Source: Vicugna vicugna (lineage: Eukaryota). From it: a DNA stretch of 64,000 nt. The DNA is taken from assembly GCA_013265495.1 (NCBI GenBank), contig MU058065.1, positions 5,952,302 to 6,016,301 on the forward strand. Direction: 5' to 3'. This document shows, in pieces, positions 12,801 to 49,135 of the stretch; position 1 is the first letter of the stretch; each line of letters opens with the position of its first letter. The notes beneath the pieces were generated by a model. The model saw only the letters and a program-made list of their open reading frames with translations. It was not told the origin of the DNA and searched no databases. The position numbers and the translations under genes were made by a program.

Positions 12801-15140
12801 TATACTAGCCAATGTGCTAGAAAAATCACGTGGTCTGTAAAACCATTCAGAGTCACCTGGCCCCTGCAGGTCTGGGGGAGCCAGACCGGAGGACCACCAA
12901 GTTACAAGTTTCCCCTGAAACACTCTAATAACACCTAAGATGGTCCTCCCTCATCCTTGCCCACTGCAGGGTATCAGGATTCTGCAAGTGCCTCTCAAAG
13001 CAGGAACATCATAAGGCACAAAGGGCAGATTAGACTGGGTCACTGAGATGGGGAGAAACCCCCTGCTCCTTGCTGATCTGTGGTCAGGGTAGCAGAGTCT
13101 GAGGTCCAGGTGGACCCCAAGTCTGAGTATGACCCAACCACAGAGCACCTGTGCTGAGGTAAGACTTACCCAGGGAGACAGCAGCAGTATAATATTCAAA
13201 GCTGAGGGGTTGTCCTTCCTTGGCCAGAGGAAAGTTGTGCTGGGGCTGCCTGACTTCACTGCTGGTGAGGACCACAAGGAGCCTGAGTAGCAAGAGGAAT
13301 GGCTTGAGCAGCTGTAGGGGCAGAGCATGGATGTGGCAAGACTGACACCCTTGAAGTCACCAGAAAGCCTATCCTCCCTGGACTTTTGGCAGAGGTGGCT
13401 GTTAATATTATTATGTGTTCTTAATAGTACTACTGTTAATGAGCATCTACTGTATGCCAGATCTTTCACAAGTTCTTTAAATGGATTATCTCATGGAATC
13501 ACAGTAAGAACCCTAAGAAGGAGATTACTATTCTTATCATCCCCATTTTGCAGGTAGGAAAACTGAGGCTCAAAGAGGTTAAATCATTTGTTCCAGGTGC
13601 ACATAGCTCATAAGTGACAAGGCCAGCCCAGTGCCACCCCTACCATCTCTGGTTCTTTGCCTCCAGCCCTGACTCCTCTCTCCAGCCCTCTTCCTTCCTC
13701 TGCCCTGGGCGTGTGGGGAGAAAAGGAAGAAAGAAAGGCCCACAGGTGTGGGTTTCAGTTCCCCTTTCCCTCTCCTGGTGATCCCTGGCCTCATACCCAT
13801 TTCTTGTTGCAGGAAAGTGAACAAGTGCTACCGGGGCCGCTCCTGCCCCATCATTGTGCACTGCAGGTGCGTGCAGAGGGGCTGGGGGCTGGGGTGGGGA
13901 TGGAGGTGACAGCACAGCTCAGGCCAGGGGGGCCTGAGGTGGGGCATTCCTGCTACCCGCCCGCTTTCTGGTCCTACTGCCTGTGCACATCTCCCATGCA
14001 CACTGCCTGCCTGTCCCCTTGATGCCAGCAAACTACAGCCCATGGGCCAAATTCAGCACGCCATGTGGTTTTTGTTTTTCTAATGGTCCATGAGCTAAGA
14101 ATGATGTTTACATTTTTAAATAGTTGAAGAAAAAGCAACGTGTGACAGAGACTATATGTGAAAATATTTCCCATCTTGCCATTTACATAAAAAGTTTGCT
14201 GAATAAAAGCCTGGCCAGAGGTTGGAAAAAGCTATTCCTATTCTCTCCTGCTGCCTCCCCCTCTGGGTGGACCCAGGGCTCTCCTTTACGGTTGGCCACT
14301 GCCCAAGAGACACCCCATGGGTCACAGGCTTCCCACTTGAGGCCCAATTCCCAGGACCCAGGAGTTATGATGGTTCCTTCATCCTCGACTCACTCATGCC
14401 CCACCCCTAGGCTAACCCTAAAAGCTCTGCCAGTGTCCCCCCAACCCCAAGCCTCCATGTCTCCTCCACCCCCCCTCCTTTCTGCTGGGTCCCAAGCTCA
14501 GCCTGTCCCCGTCTGTTTCAGTGATGGTGCGGGGAGGACTGGCACCTACATCCTCATTGACATGGTACTGAACCGCATGGCGAAAGGTGAGGAACGACCC
14601 CACTGTGCCTGGAGCCCAGCCCCCGATTAAAGTCTCCCCAGCCCTCAGGGTCACAAGAGTTCATGGAGGGCAGGTTGTCACACCGCCAGGTGTTGTCCAA
14701 TCCTCCAAGCCCCTCACCCCAGGATCCCCAAGGCTTTCTGGGTTCTACCCTCCTCTGGACACCCTTTGAGCAGCCCCGTGCCTCGCCCCCCACCCCAGGA
14801 GTAAAGGAGATTGACATCGCTGCCACCCTGGAGCACGTCCGCGACCAACGGCCTGGCCTTGTCCGTTCTAAGGTGACTGTTCCTCCCTGTCCCCACCCCA
14901 GCCACCACACTTCCCCAGGGAACCCAGCAGCAGCCTGCCTCTCCTGCCTGCCTCCATACCTCCCCCAGCAGGGCTCCCTCCTCCTGCAAGTGGCCTCCCA
15001 AATGCCTCCCTGGGGCAGGAGCAGAGGCCAGGCCTCCCTGTGACCCTCTTCCCCCTGCCCCTCCCCAGGACCAGTTTGAATTTGCTCTGACAGCTGTGGC
15101 GGAGGAGGTGAATGCCATCCTCAAGGCCCTGCCCCAGTGA
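848..15140 (+). CDS. PTPRN: Receptor-type tyrosine-protein phosphatase-like N (IA-2/ICA512); 5' exons lie upstream of the window
   Basis: Exons with AG/GT ends: 848-944, 1825-2086, 2173-2527, 2952(or 2955)-3086, 3685-3719, 4393-4667, 4887-4973, 5283-5362, 5532-5596, 6232-6450 (TM helix [25 protein letters not shown]), 6890-7090, 7191-7338, 7482-7555, 7783-7860, 7972-8091, 9124-9290 (duplicate at 10625-10791), 13813-13866, 14522-14586, 14799-14872, 15069-15140 (TGA). PTP motifs [39 protein letters not shown]-terminus [12 protein letters not shown]. Confidence 0.97.
8829..11822 (+). repeat. Tandem duplication, two ~1.5-kb units (about 8829-10321 and 10322-11822)
   Basis: Near-identical sequence at offset 1501, and the ORF track repeats (9136/10637, 9150/10651, 9436/10937, 9623/11124). 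Differences seen: (CAAG)4 vs (CAAG)6, A9246/G10747, C9476/G10977. Confidence 0.95.
10253..10321 (+). pseudogene. Truncated copy of the pre-mir-153 hairpin, with the 3' arm cut at the duplication junction
   Basis: Identical to 11754-11822 but continues ...GTCACAAAA-AACTTCAAG instead of ...GTCACAAAA-GTGATCATTGGCAG. Confidence 0.85.
11754..11843 (+). ncRNA. MIR153-1: microRNA mir-153-1 precursor in a PTPRN intron; mature miR-153-3p at 11807-11828
   Basis: CTCACAGCTGCCAGTGTCATTTTTGTGATCTGCAG...TTGCATAGTCACAAAAGTGATCATTGGCAGGTGTGGC folds as a hairpin and contains the known miR-153 sequence TTGCATAGTCACAAAAGTGATC. mir-153-1 is known to be hosted by PTPRN. Confidence 0.96.
14020..14220. mobile_element. 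Decayed hAT-Charlie DNA transposon (MER58-like)
   Basis: Ends CAGCAAACTACAGCCCATGGGCCAAATTCAGC...TTTACATAAAAAGTTTGCTGA include inverted CAGCAAACT/AGTTTGCTG. Family assigned from recall. Confidence 0.55.
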
Positions 15141-15674
15141 GACCCCTGGAGCCCCTTACTGGGCAGCCAGCCTCTGCCCCCTCTTTGCCTGTGTGAGCAT
15201 CTGTCTATGTACTCACTCCTCCCCCTACCCCTCACCTCGGCCCCTCTTGGGCATGTCCAGTCCTTCCAAGAGGAGTGTATAAGGAAGGGGAAGCAGGACG
15301 GGGAGACTTGCCCGGCTTCTGGCATGGGGGAGCTGGCAGCCGGCCAGGAGGAGAGGAAAGTCATGGGCAGCAATTCCACCCAGAACCTCCTCCTGCCTGA
15401 GTTCCCTGGCCCCCATTTCCCGCCACTCTGGAAGCTCTGAATATGTCTGTGGACAGCCCCCATCCTCCAGTGTGGATGGAACGGGGCAGGGGGGCTCTAT
15501 GCCCCGCTCTTCCTGCTTTCCCAGCCCCCGCTGTCCTGCCTCCCCAACCCACACTCTGGCCCCTACCCTTCCTGTCCCTTCCTCCCCACCCCGCCCTTCC
15601 ACCAAATGCCACTCAACTCTCCCCCTCTGGCACAAGAGAACATTTCTAGAAAAATCTACTTTTGTATCAATGTG

Positions 15675-15680
15675 AATAAA
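15675..15680 (+). terminator. PTPRN polyadenylation signal
   Basis: AATAAA about 535 nt after the stop, followed by GT-rich sequence. Confidence 0.8.
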
Positions 15681-16317
15681 GTTAGTGTGTCGTGTGTGCA
15701 GCTGCAACTCAGACTCCTACGCAGTTCTGTCTGCTCTGCTTCCAGACTCCAGCCCTGGGCTCAGTCCGGAGCCGGGCCCTGCTGCGTTTCTCAGGAGATG
15801 CAGAGAGGGTGATGGGAGAGCCAGGCTGCGGACTCAGGCTCTCCAAGGTTAGAATGGTAGCTAATAACAATTAGGCAGTAGCTTTTTATGCTGTGCTCCC
15901 TGTGTGTCTGGCAGTCTCCAGGGTGTTCTACAGACATGAACTTGTTTAATTTTCATGATGATGCTACCAGTTAGTTATTAACTCCATTTTACAGACTGCA
16001 GCACAGAACTTGCCTGAGATACCACCAGTACGACTAGTAAGTGTTGGAGTTAGGATTCGAACTCAGGTATGCTTAACCTCTTGACCACCCTGCCTGTCAG
16101 TTCTTTCGTAGCTGCTTTGTGTCCTTGGGCCTTAGGAACGTGGTGCAGGACTGAGGTTAAGAGTGAAGGAGGTGATGCAGGCAAAGTGCCTGCCACATCG
16201 TAAGCAAAAGTAGCTAAACTCTGATAAAGACTCACAGACCAAGCCTGTGAGATGTCACTACAGTCATTCACCTGGGGGCAAGGGGCACTTTCTTCCTTTC
16301 TCTCCCATCCCCCAGAA

Positions 16318-16425
16318 CTCTCCACCCTGTGTGGCCCTAAAGGAGCTCTCATCTTTGAGGCAGGAGTTATCCTTGGACAAAGGTGGTAGATGGAGAAATG
16401 AGGCAGAAGGAGTCTTAGGCCTGGA
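16318..16425 (-). pseudogene. Decayed duplicate fragment of DNAJB2 exon 7 and its downstream intron
   Basis: 23-bp exact match of 16370-16392 to 20682-20704, plus 11-bp AGGAGCTCTCA (16341-16351 = 20650-20660), collinear. The donor is changed from GT to AT. Confidence 0.7.
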
Positions 16426-17385
16426 GCTACTTGGGGGTTAGGACCACTTAACCTTGCCAAGGCTCAGTCCCCTCATGAAAAATGGGCAAGTACTACCTGT
16501 CCTGCGCGGGGAGCTAAAGGACCAGTGAGCAGGCTTCAGGCCTCCAAGCCTCACCTGTGCTCTGCAGATGCTCAGCACCAATGCTGTCATCTCAGAGGCC
16601 AGAAGTGGGCAGAACAGCCATTTTACAAACTCCCAGCAGATTCTCTCAAGATAGAGGCTGGAAATTCCTCTTTCAGGGCATGCTGCTTCGAGAAAAATAC
16701 AATATTAGGTCCTTTGGCGGTTCTGAAGGCTAGTGCCAGATTGCAAGAGAGAGTCGGCAGGGAGCCACCTGCCCTGCTCGATCATGGAAACATACCTGTC
16801 CATGGCTAGGAGGCCATCTCTGCGGGGGTCTGGAGAGAGAAGACGGGGAGGTACCTGGCTGCCTCTCCCTGGGCCTTGATGAGTTTGGAGCCTGGACCCT
16901 GTGTAGGGCAGACAGGTATGACTCCATGTGGGAGAGGCAGGCCTCTGACACTGGCCACTGGCCTTAAGTGAAGGAAACTTGTGAAAGGGCTGAGTCTTCA
17001 GGCCTTGGGAGGTTTTTATAGGTTTTCACTACGTGTTCCCAGCTTTTTGTTGTCCCGATGCTTTCAGTCAAGTCGTAACTCAGCCTGGTCCAAGCTGTGC
17101 TGCAGAGTACTGGGTGGTGGGTCCCTGCATAAGGGGAACAACAGCCGCCTGAAGAAAGCCAGCTGTGGGGCCCAGGAGGTGAGGGCAAAAGAACACGAGC
17201 ATTTTGAGGGACATACTGAGGGAGGACTGCTTGGTCTGCCATCAGCTGGGAAGGCTTGCAACCTTTAGATGTCTGGGCAGTAAAGGGAGGTGTGTCACCC
17301 ACTGGTCCCATGGGGTCCCTCCCGGACCACCCTGGAAAGGAAGAACACAGGAACATGGCACACCACCCAGCTTTCAAAATTCAGC

Positions 17386-17391
17386 TTTATT
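17386..17391 (-). terminator. DNAJB2 polyadenylation signal
   Basis: TTTATT on + (AATAAA on -), downstream of both DNAJB2 stop codons. Confidence 0.75.
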
Positions 17392-17644
17392 GACTTCCAG
17401 TGTTTCCCTCTTGGTCTGAGCTCAGCCCAGCTGGCTTTGAGAGGTCTCTGGGACTCAACGACACTGAGGCTGGCAACACCCTGGCTCCACCACTCCCCTC
17501 CCTGGCCACCAGGCTCCCCACACAGGGAGGAGGAGAGGCAGCTTCTGTGGTGTTGGAGAGAAAGAATAGGCAGCAGGGTCAGAGGCCAAAGAAGCCATAC
17601 AAGCAGCAACATGCCTGGAGCACCCATCACACGCTAGTTCCAGC

Positions 17645-17666
17645 CACACACGCGCGTGCACGTGCG

Positions 17667-17698
<32 letters not shown>
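17645..17698. repeat. Alternating purine-pyrimidine tract ending in (CA)14, in the DNAJB2 3'UTR
   Basis: CACACACGCGCGTGCACGTGCGTATACACACA..., 54 bp of strict alternation. Confidence 0.9.
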
Positions 17699-17706
<8 letters not shown>

Positions 17707-18238
17707 CTGGAGGGCTAGGGAAGCCTTCCCTTCCAAGCTCTCTGCCAGCCCATACCCACTATCCTTCTGAGACCACACCCGGCTTAGTTGATCTGCCTGG
17801 CTCAATCTTGGACCACAGGACTGCCCACAGGAAAAGAGCCTCTCCCAGATGCTGCAGGGCCTTGATTTATACACTCTAACGCCGGCACTAGCAAGAGGTG
17901 TCAGGGAAGCAAAGCTCGGACCATTACCCCTTCATCCACATTCTTGCCACCCCTGCCAGGGACAAATCAAATGACGAGATCTCCCCATCTCACAGTGAGT
18001 GACAGGCTGACCAGGGCAGGAACTACATGTCCCAAGATGCACAGCTCTGTAACCACATACCACTTCCCCCAAGCAGGATCTATCAGATAGGAGGCAGGGT
18101 GCGTTGCATTCTGGGACTTGTAGTCCCTAAGCGACAGCACCAAACACCCAGGGAAGCGTTTACAGGCTAAGACTACCAACAGGGTTGGGCGCTGTCCTGT
18201 TGGAACTGTGCAGCGACTCTGGGTCCAGGACATCCAGC

Positions 18239-24294
<6,056 letters not shown>

Positions 24295-24349
24295 GGCAAC
24301 TCGTTAGTCTTCAGGTGGGTCTCCTTAGGGCTGCGGTAGAGAAGGAAGA

Positions 24350-24900
24350 GTCAGGCCGAAAGAGCTGCGAGCTCCTCCCTGGGGCTGGAGCCCCCCAGGG
24401 CGGAGGGGGGTCTCTCCCACAGGGCAGCGGAGCCCGCTGGGCTCTGCTGGCTGTCGGTGACTAGGCTCCCTCAGGCAGCCTTATCGGCCCGTGCAGGCCA
24501 GTGCCTCGGGCTATCTCGGGGCGCAGGGCCGGAGCGCCCTATTGCAGCCCTTAAACTCCAGCGGCCCGGTCCAGGGCTCCCTAGTCTGTTCGGGGGCCCC
24601 TGCCCGCACCTCCTCCGCCTGGAGTCCCTGGCCTCCTGCAGCGCCCCGCCCCTGCCCCCCGCCGGGAACCGTCTGGCACCGGCTGCCCGGCTCGCGGCTG
24701 CTGCGTAGGACGCGGCCGGCCCAGCTGTGCGCGCAAGCATGCGTCAGCGACACGGAAACTACTAGAGACCCAGAGGAGGCCGGCTCAGCCTGTCACCTGG
24801 GGGGTGGGGGGTGGGGGGTGCTGCTGCAGGGGCTGCCGGGAGATAGGGGCGGAGCCGGCTATTTTGGGCTTGCACCAGCGCAACGTCATCCCCAGATGGG
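24350..24900 (-). promoter_or_regulatory. CpG-island promoter and non-coding first exon region of DNAJB2
   Basis: CpG-dense, with GC boxes (CCCCGCCC, GGGGCGGAG) and three G6 runs at 24799-24818, upstream of the exon-2 acceptor at 24330. Confidence 0.7.
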
Positions 24901-26809
24901 ACCTGGGAGACAGCAGCAGCCTCCATCCAAGCGTGATGCACTCGCCGGCAAACAAGCCACCCGCTCCCTGGCCCCTCTGTGGTTTTCCTATAGACAGGCT
25001 CCATGACCGATGGTTACTCACCCGAAGACAATCACCACCTCATGGACTCACAGACTCCCCTGTGGGTCCAAACCCTCCTCTCTTCTTCAGATCCCTGCTC
25101 CAGCTCCAGGTCCTCAAAAGAAGCTGCCCAGACTTTCCTGAGTAGGTCCGACCGGCCTCTCATAGCATCTCGAGGCATCCTTCCTCACACTTGTCAGAGC
25201 AACAAATTGCCATTTATTTGTTTGATTATTTGATTGACATTCACCTCCACCACTAGGATGTAAATTCTGTAGGACAGAGATTGTGTCTTTTTTTCACTAG
25301 AATATTAGGACAGTAGTGGGTTTCAAAAATATCTATTGGATGATTAAATAATGAACAGATGGCAATATGTTAACAGTTTTGACACATTTTGGGGAGGTGG
25401 GGTTAAAGAGAAAAAGGAAAAACAAAACAAAACCAAAAAGGAATAGGAAATTCCCCAGATTTGACGTTTTTCTTTCTAAACTGATTCTGAGTTAACCTCT
25501 TCCACCTCAAAGTGATCCCTGGGTTCAGGCCTCATGGGAAATTTAGAGAACTTTCCAGAACTGTTTCCTGCTTGATATCTGGGCCAATCCATAAGCATTA
25601 GCTGAGCATCGTCTTTATTGTAGATGCTGCCAGGATGTAAAAAGAAGACTATGGCCCAATCCCTGCCTTCACAGAGCTGCAACTTGGTAAGATACCAGCC
25701 CATCAGTATAGCACACTGGGAAACCCCAAGGCTTTGGAAACAGACAGACCTGGGTTTGCAACCTGGTACTACCGTGTGACAGGAAAACCTCTGAGGACTC
25801 AGTTTTTCCTCCCTAAATACAGGTAATGCCTAAGGCTGTTTGAAAATCAAATGAGGTGTGCTACATAGTAGGTCTTAGTACAAATCCTCTCTGGCATCAT
25901 GACTGCCCCAAGCAATAATGATTATGCAAATACAGCAGAGTGTTTCAGGCTGGGTGACCCAGAAATGCTTCACCAAAAGGAAAGGCTTGAGACAGACATG
26001 AGACAAGAGCGTGGTATGAGTTTGTCCAGTTTTCCTAGCTGCTTGCAGTCTAGGAACCTCTTACCTACCTACATCTGGCAAATTCCCATTGCGTAGGCTT
26101 TGATGGGAGGCAGGCCACTACCTGCCACAAAACCCAACCCTCGCTTTCCCAGACTTCCTAGCTCTAAGGGGGGCAGGCAAAAGCTGGACATTCTGCCAGC
26201 TGAAAGCTCCAACTGGGATTTTGAATCTGGAGCAAGTCAGAGAGAAGCTGGGGCAGTTGAGAATTCATTTCTGCAGTGGTGGCAGCAGAGCCAGCAGCGG
26301 CCTCTATTGTCTGGAGGAGGAAATGTCAGCCTCAGTGCCTGAGTGGGAAGAGGCCCCACTGCAGTGGGTGGAGGGGACAGGGGTTTTTTAGGCCCTGACC
26401 TTGACTGTGGTGCTGGTTGCCCAGCTTCTCATGGTATCTACCTGTTTGTGGAGCCTTGCTTGACAGCCCTCATATTGATTCTGTATGCTAACCAGGATCT
26501 CTCCAACTTGAGTGTGTGTGTTTCCTTTTCTTTTTTTATTTTGCCAGAGTTAGTTTCTGCTGTTTCCAACAGAAGTCCTGACTGACCTTGGTATAAGATG
26601 AAAAATAGGTTAGGTTGGGTCACTCCTAAATCTTCTAAATCTCTATCTTTTGTCTTATTTCTCTTATCTCAACAGACATTGGTCTAGCACCTACCATGTA
26701 TGTGGTATTAAGAATAGGAATACAAAGAGGTTTAAGTTATAGTCCCTGTACCCAGGGAGATGAAAATCACATTGGGACACAGACAAAGGAACAAGTGAAA
26801 GAAATTAGA

Positions 26810-27640
26810 TGGAACACATCTAACAAACAAAGGGTTAATTCCCTTTGTTCACAAAGAATTCCAATAAATTCATAAAAGACAAACAATGACATTTTTTTTT
26901 AAATGGGCAAAGGGCACAGAAGAGACGATACTGGCTTTCAAACATCAGAAGATGCTCAGTCTCACTCATAGGAAAAGAATTATAAAAGAAAGCTACAACA
27001 AAATACTTTCACTCACTGGGTGATTGACAAAGATCAAAAAGTTTAATATGTTGCATGGGCAAGGCTGTGGGCACAGACATTCTCATATATTGGTAGTGGG
27101 AGGGGTAATTTGGATACAGCTTCTAAAGAGAGCAATATGGAGTATATCAAAATTAAAGATGCATAGCCTTTGACCTAGTAATGCCAATTCTAATAATTCA
27201 TGGTTGTACATGGATGCAAAGAAGTAGGTACAAATGTTGCAGGATTCTTTTCAATACCGAAGGATTAGACACAATCTACATACCCAATAATAGCAGACTG
27301 GTTAAATAAGCAATGGTACATTATAGAATGGAATACTATACTGTCACCAAAAATATGGAGGCATATGTATATGTAATGATACGGACTGTCTTCTAGATTT
27401 ATTGTTAACTGAAAGATGTAAAAGGGTATTTAAATATGTGTGGACACATTAGTTTCTTCATAGATGTCTGGAAGAAAACACTAACCAAAAAGTGAACAAT
27501 GGTGTCCGCCAAGAGAGGAACAAATGAAGGGGACTTATTTTCACTGCAGAGATTTATTTTTGCTGTTTGTAAACCTCTTTGATCCCTTTTGAATTCCAAA
27601 GCATGTGCACATAATAACTGGTCAAATACATACATAATCT
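26810..27640 (+). mobile_element. Ancient LINE-1 3'-end fragment
   Basis: AT-rich. Contains L1-typical tracts such as AAATGGGCAAAGG..., GATGCTCAGTCTCACTCATA..., TTTGACCTAGTAATGCCAATTCTA and ATAGAATGGAATACTAT. No intact ORF. Confidence 0.6.
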
Positions 27641-29519
27641 TTTAAAAGCTAGCTAGGGGAATAGGATATCAGCAAGAAGTTAAATGTTACGGTCCAAGGC
27701 AGTCCATGCCTAGTACTAAGTGAGTGATGGAGACAGCCAGTAGGGGCGAGAATCTAGAGGTAGGAGAGGTCTCCAGGGCTGGATAGGTCTGGGTAACTGT
27801 GACCTAAGCTGGGAAGAATGGCAACATTGAGGCAAGCAGGGGGAGGTGGCGTCCCTGAAGGAGGCAATGCAGCTTTGGAGGCAGGCGTGTTCCTGACACA
27901 TCAGAGGCGAGGGAATAAATGTACTGGGTGGAATCCAAGGTTGGGGAACTGTCTCTTCTGTCTGCCTGCAGGAGGTAATTGTACCCTGGCTTTAGAAGCA
28001 TCAGAGATGAAAGCATTCCCCTGCACCAAGGGAGTCCCCAGGAACCAGGCTGGGTGGTGCTTCCAGCTGCTCCATGGAGATCTGGTTTGTCACCTCCCCA
28101 CACCCACACCCAGTCCAACCTAGGCCTGCCAGTGCTTGCCCAGAGTTACTAGCTGAGAGGAGATGGCCAACCAGCTGCCCAGGGTGGGTTGGCTGGTACA
28201 ATACTCAGGAGGGGAGCCTGGTGACGTCTGTGGATACCCAGCCATCTTGGCAGGTGGAGACCTCACATCTCTCAGAGACCTCCCTCTTGGCTTCTCCCAA
28301 GCCCTCCCCTCACCTCCTTCGAGATGTCAGTGGAGGATGGTGCTATCAGAGGATACTGACAGCCTCATAACTTGGCCCCAAAGACACCTCTGCCCTTGTT
28401 CAGTGTCAGAAGCTGGGTCCCTGCACCCCGTCTCACACACACACCCTCCGCTACAGTGCCTGGGCAGGGGAGTGTCAGGCACCACCCTGTCCCTGCCTTC
28501 AAGGCACCTGAGTCACTGTCTGAGCACTGGGGACCTGGAAGACCCAGAAGACATGGCACCTTGAAGGGTGCCTGGACCTGCTGCGGGCAGGAGGGGAGGA
28601 CACCTGAGAAAGAGAAGGGCAACAACATAAGCTTTGACTCAGGCTGACTGAGGTTTAAATTCTGACTCTTCCACTTAACTGGCTGAGTAACTTTGTGCAA
28701 GTCACATGACTTCTCTGAGCCTCAGTCTCCCCATCGATAACATAGGAATTCACTACACAAGTCTATTTAATAAGTATTGAGAATCTACTATGTGTCGGGC
28801 AGCACTGTGGGTGCTGAGTGTAGAGCAAGCCTTGTTCCCGCGGAGTGTCTAGCCCAGTGGGTGTCATAACTGTATTTACCTCAGAATTAAACAAGATAAT
28901 ATGGACGCAGGGCCTTGTAGACAGTATGTGCTCAACAAATGACAGCAATGTCTTGTGGTTTGAAAGGCTCCCAAAATAATCCCTCTTCCTTCCCCGAGTT
29001 TGAAGCCAGTTGAGAGAAAGACATAGGACTGAGATTTGAAAGTCAGCTGTTTTAGAGAAACAAACAAACAAACAAACAAACAAATTAGAGGATATAGCCT
29101 AGCTATTCAGCCAAAATGGGCTCTGAAATAGAATAGTTAAATTATCCATCTACCCCAACAACACACACACTTATACACACAATTGCAGGCCTCTGTCTTC
29201 CAGGAGCTTCCCCTGTCAGCCAGAATCCCCACTGAGGCATTGAGAATACTTGCTCTCTCTGGGCAAATCATTGAAAAATAGACGGAGGAGGCTGCTGGGC
29301 TGGGTGTGCCCATTTTCTCCCCTAAATGCCCCGCTATCCTGTTGCCTCCACTCCATCCTCTACTTACAAAATACTTGTTGAGATGAATGACAGGGACAGG
29401 AGAGGGGGACCAGATGGGGAAATGGAGGAGTCACTCCATTTCCAGTTTTACCTGAGGGCCATCCTGTGCTAGACCCAGGTACGGGTGTGTGCCGGTATGT
29501 GTTTTATTTGCCTCTTTTC

Positions 29520-29940
29520 TCTGAGATCCACGCCCCACCTTCCCTGCCTGGCTTTGTATATCACAGGCTGCACCTCCTTTTTCCTAGGCTCCCTCTTACC
29601 AACTAGCCGCTGTCAAGGTTCAGCCAATGGGAACCACTGACTGGAGATTCAGGAGGGGAGGAAGGGAGAAGCCAGGATATTTCTCCCCTACTACCAAAGT
29701 CAGAGGGAACTCAGGCAGTGCTGTGTCTCCTCCATGGCTCTGAACCCTGCCAAATGCCCCTCCTTCCTTGGCCCTCTTGCTCTCTTTGGTTAGTTCCACT
29801 GTGGCTCCAACTCCCACCTAGCCACCCCACCTCCTAGGCTCTGGCATCATCATCTCATCCCTTGATTCCTCCAGTCCTAAGGTGATAGCAGCTTCCTGAT
29901 GTTGCTGACTTTTGGGTTTCCGTCACAGCATCCAGTCCTG
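29520..29940. mobile_element. Old ERVL LTR fragment (LTR33-like)
   Basis: GTTCAGCCAATGGGAACCACTGACTGGAGATTCAGGAGGGGAGGAAGGGAGAAGCCAGGATATTTCTCCCC resembles the LTR33 consensus as recalled. Confidence 0.45.
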
Positions 29941-30895
29941 GGAATGGGACACTACAGGAAAGACAGAGGCCAGGGCAACAGTGAGCATTGCATCTCTCTG
30001 GGGCTGGGGGTAGGGTGGGGATTGCCCTAGTTCCAGCACCTCCAGTGGTTAAACCATTCCTCCAGCGCAACAGGCGCTACAGAAAATCCACATACAAGGA
30101 TTGTAGGGGCAGCCATCTGGTCGGAAGTGGGGGCTTAAAGCTGTACATGTGGCATAGGTTTAAAGAAAGGTCATTTGTCTTTATCAAAAAGTGGTGGGTG
30201 TGATGGAGTTTACAGGGACGTAAGTCCCCCACCCCTGACTCCCAGCCATTTCCCCATTGTTGCTGCCACTGTGCCACTGCTCTGCCTTAATGCTGGCATC
30301 CTGACTCTACACACAAACCTCCTGCCTGAAGGACAGGAGGGTGGGCTGGTGAGCACCAGCTACATCAACTACTCTAAAGGCACCATTTCAGATCCCCTGG
30401 CTTCACCAGGCTCTTGTGGCAGCCCTGTGCAACTCACACCAGGTTTTGTACATGGACAATTTAACAGTGCCTTACCTCCTGCCCCAGGGTTTCTCTGTTG
30501 ACCCTGTAGCCCCAAGTGTGTGCAACCTGGAAGTGCAGGTGAGTTAATATCTGATGGGGTCAAGGTGTAACCAATGGAAGAATGGAGCCAGTGTGTAAGT
30601 TCCCCACCCTCACCTCCTCTCCTGCCCACTCTCCCAAGGAATGATTCTGAGATGCCATTTGTCCAGCTACATCTTCTCTAGGGTGACTTCTCCTTCCTTC
30701 TCTGCTTTTACCTGCCTTGGCTCCCATTCTGCTCCCTGGAATTGCACTGTGTAATGAAATCTGAAGTCAGATTTGCTTTCTGGGGAACCAGGGTAAGATA
30801 CAGCCTTCCTATCCCTTACAAAGGAAAAGCCCTCCCCCCTCCAATGGTTTTTCCCAAGAGAAAAAGACATTTGTGAGACAGTAAGGCCACAGAAC

Positions 30896-30901
30896 TTTAT
30901 T
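30896..30901 (-). terminator. PolyA signal of the minus-strand alpha-tubulin
   Basis: AATAAA on -, only 22 nt after the TAA. Confidence 0.75.
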
Positions 30902-30923
30902 TAGGACAGACAAGAGGATTCCC

Positions 30924-48975
<18,052 letters not shown>

Positions 48976-49096
48976 AACAGCTGCCTGGAGCCTACTCACT
49001 ATGTTTATTGCAAAATCCTTTCGAAATAAACAGTCTCCTTGCACGGTTTCTTGTCCCCTCTGTGAGTGCGTAAGCTTCTGCTGCCTTCCCTATTTG

Positions 49097-49135
49097 TGCT
49101 GCTGCTGCTGCTGCTGCTGCTGCTTCTGCTGCTGC
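49097..49135. repeat. (TGC)9 TTC (TGC)3 trinucleotide microsatellite
   Basis: Read directly, about 70 nt downstream of the TUBA4A polyA signal. Confidence 0.9.

Noticed and set aside
14714..15463. 249-aa minus-strand ORF
   Set aside because: It is antisense to the last PTPRN exons and UTR in GC-rich DNA, with no recognisable domain.
16620..16850. Weak resemblance to DNAJB2 exons 4-6 next to the exon-7 relic
   Set aside because: The matches are short and not collinear, so they are not supportable by eye.
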